Source: an uncultured Caulobacterales bacterium
GTDB lineage: Bacteria; Pseudomonadota; Alphaproteobacteria; Caulobacterales; Parvularculaceae
Assembly: GCA_964392325.1 (NCBI GenBank)
Contig: CAYMPJ010000002.1
Span: 65,521-129,520 of the forward strand
Reading direction: 5' to 3'
Length of the DNA stretch: 64,000 nt
The notes beneath the pieces are model-generated. The model was not told the DNA's origin. It saw nothing but the letters and a program-made list of their open reading frames with translations, and ran no database searches. Below are positions 48,037-56,521 of the stretch, in pieces; positions within the stretch are counted from its first letter, which is position 1, and each line of letters starts with the position of its first letter. A program made the position numbers and the translations under genes.

Positions 48037-51000
48037 CTATTGGCCCGCAGCAGATGTAATTGTAATTTCGCGTCCCGACGTTCTGGCAGAAATACCGGGC
48101 CGATACATATCCTCGGTCACCGCACCGGGCATAGTATAACGCCCCGGCGTGATCGCCCGCACTTCATAAGCAAGGGTGAAGCCTTTTCCATTAGTTACAT
48201 CAACCGCAGCCACAAACCGGTCATCCCGTGCTTCGCTAACGCGCGCATAGCTTAAACCCTTGAGCCATGGATAATCACGCCCCTTGGGGAGCAGAACCGA
48301 TTCAATCTCAAATCCAGCCGGCAATAAATCAGCAATGATAAGGGGGTGGCGGCGTTTGTCACTGGCCTTTCCCGAAAGTGTAATAACAAAGCGATCATTT
48401 TGCTGGACCGTGTTCAAACTGGCAACACGGCCATCGCGATGTAAAATGCGTTTGGTAAGGCTCACGCCATTATTGACCGCAAGAGGTGGCCCTTTGGGGG
48501 CACCAGATTTAGTGACCGATAAAAATAAGGGACCATCCGAGCGGTTTTCATATAAGCGTCCTTCATCAAAATCGATATCCCTTAAAGTAAAGCTGGGAGA
48601 AGGCGATAATCCTTCAAGGTCAGAGCCATCAACCGCAATATTAACAGGGCCGGCATTTTTTAATAATTCATTGGCCGCCATTAAGACAAAAGCTTTTTCC
48701 TGGGTATGCATCTGGCGAGGCTCTTTCATGGCCTTCGTCATATTGCCCGTCGCCTCTTCTAAAAGATGGTCATAACCAGACTCCGATATGAGCGCGATAA
48801 TACCCGCAGAATCCCGCAGCGAAGTTTGGTAATAGTCATAATCATTATTGTGGCCCTCGCCTTTAAGCGCTTCACGAAATGCATTATCCGCGCGGGCTTT
48901 GTCGCCAAAACGCGCAAGGGCAGCGCCAATATGGGCTTTTGCGAGAGGGCTTTTTATTTTACCCATCAAGCTATCATGAAAATAACGCACATCTGATAAA
49001 TCAGCACGCCCCGCTTTTGCCAGAACAAAATGCGCATAGGCGGCCGCACGCAAACGATAACGCTCGGTACTATCGACATTTCCGCCAACATTAACCCGCA
49101 ATATATAGCCGACATTTGTCCAGCGTTGAACATCGGCAATTTCGGTAAGGGCATTATAGGTCAATTCCAAAGCATGTTCAGGAACAGAGTACCCTTCTGC
49201 GCTCGCACGCTGGAGGAAGTCACTGACATAGGGGCCAAGCCAGACATTGCCATAGCGATCCCCGCTTCGCCACAGACCAATCGCACCGTCCGGGCTTTGT
49301 CGGTCGAGTATTTTATTGATTGCTGTTTGCACGCGCGGGCGCACAATCCTGTCCGGACCGCGCCCGATTTCGCCGCCAAGTCGATCTACAAACAATAGCG
49401 GAAAGGACGAACTGGTTAATTGTTCAGTACACCCATAAGGATAGCGATAAAGCGCATCCAGCAGAGGGCCGGGTTCCACGCCGTTTAACCTAGAATAAGA
49501 AAGCGTGACCTCGCCCGTTCCCGGCACATAGTCAGCGAGTAAAGCTTTTGTCGGTGTGAATTTCTCACCGGGTTGCTGTGCAATTGTTGATGTCTCGGTA
49601 ACTGGAAACCAAGGGGTGCGCACCTCGATAGGATAAGCACGGAAAACTTCAAAATTCTCCGGACCCGTTACCTCAAGTGCGACATGTCCAATACCGGAAC
49701 TAGAAGCCGAAAGGGCAAATTCACGGGTTTGCTTTTCTCCTTTTGCGAGAGTGAGGGTAATGTCCTCGTTCAAATTCACTGGACCAGAACCCGTAATTTT
49801 CAAATTATAGTCACCCGCAGCGCCATCAACATTATCAATGAGCAATGTTGCTGTAGCTTCATCGCCCGGAGCTAAAAACCGCGACAAGGAAATCAGCGCC
49901 GGAACACGGTCGCGCACTGTGAGTGGCTGCGCGTGATTGCCCAATTTATTTGCCGACCATGCAACTGCCATCAGGCGCAATTCGCCATTGAAATCGGGAA
50001 CATCAATCCCCACAACGCTCTTACCGTTTTGGTCAAGTTTTACCAAACCGGAAAACAAGGCAACGGATTTTGTTGGTACGACGGTTAACCCCTCGCCGCC
50101 AATCTGATCTCCGCCATAGCGTGTTGCCGCGCCAAGATTGGCATTTAAAATACGTCCATAGTCGTCATGAATTGAGAGACCAAAGCGTTTTTTACCATAA
50201 TAATGGCCAACCGGATCAGGGCTGCTAAATTTCGTCAACCGTAGAATGCCCTCATCGACTGCAGCAAGGCTGAGCATAACGGCTTCGCCTTTATTGGCAC
50301 CCTCAATTGTAACCGGGAGAGACAATTTTTGACGGGGCCTCAAAATCTCTGGCGCATCAAGCGAAACATTCAGGGTCCGCTCCGAAGTATCATAGGCCAC
50401 ATAGTGAATGCCCATCGCGCGGCGTGGGATTGGTTGGGATATCGCATTGCGCGGCGTCACCACGGTTGCCATCACATAAAAACCACCCGCCCCCCATGAA
50501 GGGTCTGTATCGATGATAATTTCCCGCCCCTCTTCTTCGACTTTCAAGCGCTTGACCATATGCACTTTATCACTCGCCACAATGATGGTGGCTTCACCTG
50601 CATAAGGGGGCGCTAAAAATAAACGGGCTCTTGTTCCCGGTACAACGCTTTCTTGCTCAGATGAAATAACCGCCTGATCAGGTGTATCCGTACCCGCACC
50701 ATAAGTGCGCCAGCCAACATAGAATTTACGTTCTGTTTTTGTGGTGGAACCGGTCTCCCAAACAGCGAGACGATAGCTGCCATTATCCAGTTTTTTTCGA
50801 ATTTTGGCCGGTTCATCAAGGGTCGTTTTGCTGCGCCCTTCATCGATCAGAACATCGCGGTAAGACCGACGCCAGCGCCACCTTTCCCCGTCACGATACC
50901 AATCATACCAATATTCCTCGCGCACCAATCGCCATTCCAGCTCGCCTTCTTGTAGCGCGCCATCGCGGTCCAGAATAATCGCTTCCAAAACACTCTCTTC

Positions 51001-53076
51001 TTTGCGCGAAAAGTTTGGCTTATTATCTTCAGGGCGCACGCCCACATAACGGTCATCATGGCGTACCGGGACCCGTGCACTTTCTCGCACAACACGTCCC
51101 CCCGGCTCTATCGCCGCAACAACAATATCAGCCCTTAAAGGCGCGCCATTTGCCCCCGGTGCATCCGCGCCATTGAGTATGAATGTCGCTTTACCCTCTC
51201 CATCAGTAACCGCATTAGGCAATTTGCGAAAACGCTCTAAAACAGGATTTTTCGAGGGTCCAAAGCGATAGCCTTTATGGGAAGGAAACGGATTAGGATC
51301 AACGCGGTAGCGCACCTCTCCCTCGACAGTCAGCCCAGCACCTGGTGCTCCGTATAGGAATCGAACATCGACCAGCATCTCACGCTGTTCGTTTGCGTTG
51401 ATCGGGGTTTCTTCATCGAGCGCCAGTTCAACGCCGAGACGCTGGGGCACAAAATCCTCAACAGAAAACTCAACCTGCCCGACGCGGTCCACACCATCAG
51501 CATAAACCTGGGCACTCCACAAACCGCGAGATGCAGATTTTGGTACATCATAGCTTGTCGAAAACCCGCCAATACTGGTTTGGGAAATACGCTCTTCATG
51601 AGCGAGCGTGCCGTTGGGCCGCATAATTTTTAAAGTTGCCGGACGATCAAGGACCGCCTCGCCATTATCATCGCGCAACAAAGAAGTCAGATGCAATGTT
51701 TCACCCGGGCGATAAATACCGCGATCAAGATAGACAAATCCGTCAACTTTACGCGGCGCGGCGCGGCCACCAATATTGCGTTCAGACAAATCCAACGGTG
51801 CACGGCTGAAATCAAGAGCAGCAAAATCATCCTGACTGCCATAAGCGAGAACCATTTTCGGTTCTAACGGCCCCGTTCCGCGCATCACTCCGTCATCAAA
51901 GCGCACCCGCCCGTCGCCATTTGTACTCGCTTTAGCAAGGACATCATTATTCTGGGCAAGCACAACCAACTCGACACCGGTTAACGGACGGGCTGTATCT
52001 ATTGAGCGTACAAACACATCCATCCCGTCACTGCCGCGATAACTTGTAAGCGCCATATCCGTATACATGATCCAGCGCCATGCCTGCGCTTTTCGCCGGG
52101 CGGATTTGGCGCCTTCACTCGCATCTTGCATTTTCAGGAAATACACTCCCGGTTGCAGTCCTTTTAAAGCCGCGCCAAGTGGGAAGACGGTGGTTGCAAC
52201 ATTATTGCGATCACCCTTCGTTTCGAGTTCCCCCTCCCAAACCATAACCCCATTACGGCTACCGTCACGCTCACCATACAAAGAAGAATACTCATCTTCT
52301 CCAATTGCCTCGCCCTGATCTATCGCATTTTGAAATAAGGTTCTGTCAGAAACACGGCGTACACTGAGTTCTACCTTATCGACATTAACCGTCTCAATGC
52401 CAAGACCATCAGCTTCTAGTCTGGGTAAGATAATGCCATCGCCAGCAAAACCGACAAAGGCTGGTTTATCTCCAAAAGCGATTGTAACCCGGCTTGCCTG
52501 ATCCAGAGTTGTCCCGTCTGCGGCTGGCAAGCCCGCACGAATATTTGCGGTATAGGTTTTATCAAATCCAAGCCCGCCTAAACAAAGCGAGCTACCATTG
52601 ACAGCAATGGCTGCTTTGGTGTCCGGGGTAAGGCGAATATAATCACCATAGTTAACTTTTCCGCTTGTATCGAGATCAGCGGAAAAATGCAGGCACGCTT
52701 TGGGTGACAATTCTGTTGTATCAAGGACAAGGCGGCGATAACCAAATCCGTCTGGATTGGTGCCGGCAAGTTGCGGCGAATTTGCTGCGCGGGGCGCATT
52801 TTCATCACGCAGTGCCTGAAAGCCATGAACCGGACCCTCAGAAGCACTCAGCTCAGGAGTAGACGTCTCCCCTGTTCCCGCAGTCACATGCGTAACCGGT
52901 AAATCATCTTCACCAGATTTTGGTAAAATAAGACGCCCGATCATCAAACCCACCGCGAAGGCCCCTAAAAGCCCGGCGGCAACTAGTACTCTATTTCTGG
53001 ATTTGGGCGATTGTGTCGTGCGTTGTGAAAATTGATGAGGCGGTGTGGTCAATGCGGTCTCTCCCGGAAATTGCAT
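48037..53076 (-). CDS. Bacterial alpha-2-macroglobulin family protein (YfhM-like)
   Basis: 1679 aa. Thioester motif YPYGCTEQL (CTEQ encoded at 49420-49431). N-terminal TM anchor without a Cys. Paired with pbpC. Confidence 0.92.
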   Translation of the reverse strand: MQFPGETALTTPPHQFSQRTTQSPKSRNRVLVAAGLLGAFAVGLMIGRLILPKSGEDDLPVTHVTAGTGETSTPELSASEGPVHGFQALRDENAPRAANSPQLAGTNPDGFGYRRLVLDTTELSPKACLHFSADLDTSGKVNYGDYIRLTPDTKAAIAVNGSSLCLGGLGFDKTYTANIRAGLPAADGTTLDQASRVTIAFGDKPAFVGFAGDGIILPRLEADGLGIETVNVDKVELSVRRVSDRTLFQNAIDQGEAIGEDEYSSLYGERDGSRNGVMVWEGELETKGDRNNVATTVFPLGAALKGLQPGVYFLKMQDASEGAKSARRKAQAWRWIMYTDMALTSYRGSDGMDVFVRSIDTARPLTGVELVVLAQNNDVLAKASTNGDGRVRFDDGVMRGTGPLEPKMVLAYGSQDDFAALDFSRAPLDLSERNIGGRAAPRKVDGFVYLDRGIYRPGETLHLTSLLRDDNGEAVLDRPATLKIMRPNGTLAHEERISQTSIGGFSTSYDVPKSASRGLWSAQVYADGVDRVGQVEFSVEDFVPQRLGVELALDEETPINANEQREMLVDVRFLYGAPGAGLTVEGEVRYRVDPNPFPSHKGYRFGPSKNPVLERFRKLPNAVTDGEGKATFILNGADAPGANGAPLRADIVVAAIEPGGRVVRESARVPVRHDDRYVGVRPEDNKPNFSRKEESVLEAIILDRDGALQEGELEWRLVREEYWYDWYRDGERWRWRRSYRDVLIDEGRSKTTLDEPAKIRKKLDNGSYRLAVWETGSTTKTERKFYVGWRTYGAGTDTPDQAVISSEQESVVPGTRARLFLAPPYAGEATIIVASDKVHMVKRLKVEEEGREIIIDTDPSWGAGGFYVMATVVTPRNAISQPIPRRAMGIHYVAYDTSERTLNVSLDAPEILRPRQKLSLPVTIEGANKGEAVMLSLAAVDEGILRLTKFSSPDPVGHYYGKKRFGLSIHDDYGRILNANLGAATRYGGDQIGGEGLTVVPTKSVALFSGLVKLDQNGKSVVGIDVPDFNGELRLMAVAWSANKLGNHAQPLTVRDRVPALISLSRFLAPGDEATATLLIDNVDGAAGDYNLKITGSGPVNLNEDITLTLAKGEKQTREFALSASSSGIGHVALEVTGPENFEVFRAYPIEVRTPWFPVTETSTIAQQPGEKFTPTKALLADYVPGTGEVTLSYSRLNGVEPGPLLDALYRYPYGCTEQLTSSSFPLLFVDRLGGEIGRGPDRIVRPRVQTAINKILDRQSPDGAIGLWRSGDRYGNVWLGPYVSDFLQRASAEGYSVPEHALELTYNALTEIADVQRWTNVGYILRVNVGGNVDSTERYRLRAAAYAHFVLAKAGRADLSDVRYFHDSLMGKIKSPLAKAHIGAALARFGDKARADNAFREALKGEGHNNDYDYYQTSLRDSAGIIALISESGYDHLLEEATGNMTKAMKEPRQMHTQEKAFVLMAANELLKNAGPVNIAVDGSDLEGLSPSPSFTLRDIDFDEGRLYENRSDGPLFLSVTKSGAPKGPPLAVNNGVSLTKRILHRDGRVASLNTVQQNDRFVITLSGKASDKRRHPLIIADLLPAGFEIESVLLPKGRDYPWLKGLSYARVSEARDDRFVAAVDVTNGKGFTLAYEVRAITPGRYTMPGAVTEDMYRPGISARTSGREITITSAAGQ

Positions 53077-53501
53077 TTATTCATCCAGCGAGCGCGAGTA
53101 ACATAGCCTTGAAAATTGTTTCGAAGACGTCAGCCTTTAGAATTCATCTTAAAAATTCTCACGCTTGCCGATTGGGTAATCTGTAAGAATTCATTATGAC
53201 CACAAATTGCCAGAAAGAAAACGATTCGAAGAATTTTTTCGGGCATAATAGCAATTTGAAGAGTGAAAGCCCTGATATCCTTCATTCTACAGAGAATTAG
53301 CATATCATACTAGAGTAGACTGAACACAATGTGAGTGGTCAGCCCACCTTGCCAAGCTTTCGAAAGATGAATTCTTCGTCACTCGACAAGCGCACCGGAC
53401 AAGCTTACTGGATTTTAATGCAACCATCTGTGTGCAGCTCAGCTAGCGTTGCACCGCAAAAGCAATTTGGCAGCTATCGCACAAAAAGCATCCTAGCTCT
53501 A

Positions 53502-55439
53502 TCATCCGTGTAAATTCACGATATCGGCAGTGATACCCAGAACCTGACGCACAGTTTCAACAATTTGCGGCGCATTCAAGCCCGCCGCATCATACATTTT
53601 AACCGGGCTATCTTGATCTTGAAAAATATCCGGTAAAGTCAGTGTGCGGATTTTCAAGCCATTATCCATAGCGCCAACACTTGCAAGATGGTGCATAACA
53701 ATGGCACCAAACCCGCAAATAGAGCCTTCCTCAACTGTAATTAGCACCTCATGCTCGCGCGCAAGACGTTCAACCAGATCCGTATCAATCGGTTTTGCAA
53801 AACGCGCATCAGCAACAGTCGCCGAGAGACCTTGGGTCTCCAGAATATCGGCAGCCTTTAGCGCCTCTTGCAATCGCCCACCATAGGAAAGCAATGCAAT
53901 TTTTGTTCCCTCACGAACAATGCGCCCCTTGCCGATTTCCAGATGCTTGCCCATTTCCGGCATATCCAACCCGACGCCCTCACCTCGCGGATAACGAAAC
54001 GCAATTGGGCCTTCATCATAGGCAACAGCCGTAGATGTCATATGAACAAGCTCTGCTTCATCGCCCGCAGCCATCAAAACCATATTTGGAAGACAGCCAA
54101 GATAAGCAATATCAAAAGCCCCGGCATGGGTTTGGCCATCAGCACCAACAAGTCCGGCCCTGTCCATCGGTATGCGAACAGGCAAATTCTGGATTGCAAT
54201 ATCATGAACGACACTGTCATAAGCGCGCTGCAAGAAAGTTGAATAAATCGCAGCAAAAGGTTTCATGCCATCTGCGGCCATACCAGCTGCAAACGTCACC
54301 GCATGCTGCTCGGCGATGCCGACATCATAGCAACGATCGGGATAGACATCTGCAAACATATCAAGACTGGTTCCCGATGGCATCGCCGCTGTTATACCAA
54401 TAATTTTATCGTCATGTTCGGCTTCCTTGATCAGGGTTTTTGCAAACACTTTCTGATAGGAAGGCGCATTTGGTGTGCCTTTACTCTGTTTACCCGATAC
54501 AACATCAAATTTGGCAACGCCGTGATATTTGTCATAGGCCTCTTCCGCCGGGCCATAGCCTTTACCCTTTTGGGTGACCACATGGACAAGCACAGGGCCT
54601 TCCTTCATATCACGCGCATTTTCAAGAACCGGTATCAGATGGTCTAGATTGTGACCATCAATTGGGCCGACATAATAACAACCCAGCTCTTCAAACAGGG
54701 TACCGCCAGTCACCATGCCGCGGCCATATTCTTCGGCTTTGCGCAATTGTTTGTAGACCGCGTTTGGCAAGCGTTTGCCCAGTTGCTTGGAAAAAGAGCG
54801 GAACCCTTGATAGACACCAGAAGAAGAGGCACGGGCCAAATAAGCGCTCATCGCCCCAACAGGGGGAGCAATGGACATATCATTATCATTCAAAATTACG
54901 ATCAGCTTCGACCCTAGATGGCCGGCATTATTCAAAGCCTCATAAGCCATACCCGCCGACATCGAGCCATCACCGATGACTGCAATTGCATGATTGTCCT
55001 TTTGCTGATGATCTCGCGCTCTTGCAAAACCAAGGGCTGCAGAAATTGACGTCGCCGCATGGGCCGCGCCAAAGGGATCATATTCACTTTCAGAACGTTT
55101 GGTAAAACCGGATAATCCGCCCCCTTTTCGAAGTGTGCGGATACGATCGCGACGACCAGTCAGAATTTTGTGGGGATAACATTGATGCCCGACATCCCAG
55201 ACCAATTTATCGTCCGGTGTGTTAAAGACATAATGAATTGCCGTGGTCAGCTCAACCACCCCTAAACCCGAGCCTAAATGCCCGCCAGTTTGGGATACCG
55301 CATCAATCATCTCGGCGCGAAGTTCGTCGGCGAGCTGTCGCAAATCAGACTTCTCAAGTTTACGCAAATCTTCTGGCCAAACCACTTTATCAAGCATTGG
55401 GGTTTTGGAACTGTCATTTGAGGAGGGAGTGTCGGTCAT
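53502..55439 (-). CDS. dxs: 1-deoxy-D-xylulose-5-phosphate synthase
   Basis: GGHLGSGLG and the ThDP motif [18 protein letters not shown] at 55439 (MTDTPSS). Confidence 0.95.
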   Translation of the reverse strand: MTDTPSSNDSSKTPMLDKVVWPEDLRKLEKSDLRQLADELRAEMIDAVSQTGGHLGSGLGVVELTTAIHYVFNTPDDKLVWDVGHQCYPHKILTGRRDRIRTLRKGGGLSGFTKRSESEYDPFGAAHAATSISAALGFARARDHQQKDNHAIAVIGDGSMSAGMAYEALNNAGHLGSKLIVILNDNDMSIAPPVGAMSAYLARASSSGVYQGFRSFSKQLGKRLPNAVYKQLRKAEEYGRGMVTGGTLFEELGCYYVGPIDGHNLDHLIPVLENARDMKEGPVLVHVVTQKGKGYGPAEEAYDKYHGVAKFDVVSGKQSKGTPNAPSYQKVFAKTLIKEAEHDDKIIGITAAMPSGTSLDMFADVYPDRCYDVGIAEQHAVTFAAGMAADGMKPFAAIYSTFLQRAYDSVVHDIAIQNLPVRIPMDRAGLVGADGQTHAGAFDIAYLGCLPNMVLMAAGDEAELVHMTSTAVAYDEGPIAFRYPRGEGVGLDMPEMGKHLEIGKGRIVREGTKIALLSYGGRLQEALKAADILETQGLSATVADARFAKPIDTDLVERLAREHEVLITVEEGSICGFGAIVMHHLASVGAMDNGLKIRTLTLPDIFQDQDSPVKMYDAAGLNAPQIVETVRQVLGITADIVNLHG

Positions 55440-55827
55440 GCTTATCTTTCCGTACTGCACTTTTCAGCCATTTTTTTAGCTGTATTTTGTTATCAATTTT
55501 AATTCTCAACGAGCCCGGCTTTACGAGCCTTGCGTGATTTGTTTAAACCGCAACTTATAGTGTATGCGCACCTTTTAGCTAGGTTTTAAGATGGCTTAGT
55601 ATCGAACACATATCTTTGCAAACCCATCTATGCAAACATTAATACCATGCCTGCTGGGCATCGCTGCATATCAATGCTCCTAAACTCGCATCGCCAAATC
55701 CGCCGAATCCGGCAAACCCTTTATATACGCCTAAAATCAGGCATGCAGCAAAACAGACCCTAAAGCAAATATCAAGACTAATTCGCGTCACTTTATAGAA
55801 GATGCTTCAGATATGATCATCTTTAGC

Positions 55828-56067
55828 TTAGTCAAAGCTGGCCGAACTCGCAGAAACCTGCCCGCCATCATCAACAACAATTTTCTCGATTTTTTCCTGG
55901 GCCGCCTTTAATTTCGCCCCGCAATGCGCCTTCAACGCCGCCCCGCGCTCATATAATACTATCGAATCCTCAAGTTCAGCGCGGCCACTTTCAAGCTTTT
56001 GCACAATCTCTTCCAGTTCCGCCAAAGCCGCCTCAAACGACATTTTTTTGATATCGGCTGCTGCCAT
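55828..56067 (-). CDS. xseB: Exodeoxyribonuclease VII small subunit
   Basis: MSFEAALAELEEIVQKLESG pattern. The start is chosen 6 nt after AAGGAG; alternative ATGs lie at 56073 and 56043. Confidence 0.85.
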   Translation of the reverse strand: MAAADIKKMSFEAALAELEEIVQKLESGRAELEDSIVLYERGAALKAHCGAKLKAAQEKIEKIVVDDGGQVSASSASFD

Positions 56068-56381
56068 TGCCATCTCCTTAATAGAGCCCAACCTCACAGC
56101 GTGGCACTCTCCAGTCCATGCTTTACGCGTGTGGTGCTTCCGGCGTCAAGGCCCGGCTTTTTCCTCTCTATAGGGCTAAATAATCACAGGAATCACGCAT
56201 CGATTATGGGCAATGAAATGATCTGGAATTTCTAACAATCCCAGTAAATTGTTAGATTTTATGCTGCGACGCAACATAAATTTACGGTATCCTCGGGTTC
56301 ATCGTTGTAATTAAATCACATTTATTTTTCATTTGGCGTATAGATGAGTTAGAGCATTGCAATCTTGTTCTCGTTCATAAA

Positions 56382-56408
56382 TTGTAATGATTACTGTGGG
56401 AGTATAAT
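56382..56408 (+). promoter_or_regulatory. Candidate promoter with overlapping palindrome upstream of the TonB-dependent receptor
   Basis: TTGTAA-N15-TATAAT (TATAAT at 56403-56408). The palindrome GTAAT-G-ATTAC (56384-56394) overlaps the -35 region. This is a sequence pattern only. Confidence 0.3.
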
Positions 56409-56521
56409 CACTGGAATTTGATCGAAACTGAAGATCATTGCCCAGAAACCGGGAAATTCGCGAAACCCGCCTCACAAAATGGACAATCTGGCTAAGAAAT
56501 CAACGGCCACAATAATAAAAT

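Noticed and set aside
53331-53513. A 60-aa plus-strand ORF in the dxs/A2M spacer.
   Set aside because: It has no RBS, overlaps the dxs stop region, has a Ser-rich composition, and matches no family.
56380-56400. A possible Fur box upstream of the TonB-dependent receptor.
   Set aside because: Only about 9 of 14 positions match the 7-1-7 Fur consensus. I kept it only as a generic palindrome and promoter candidate, not as an iron-regulation call.
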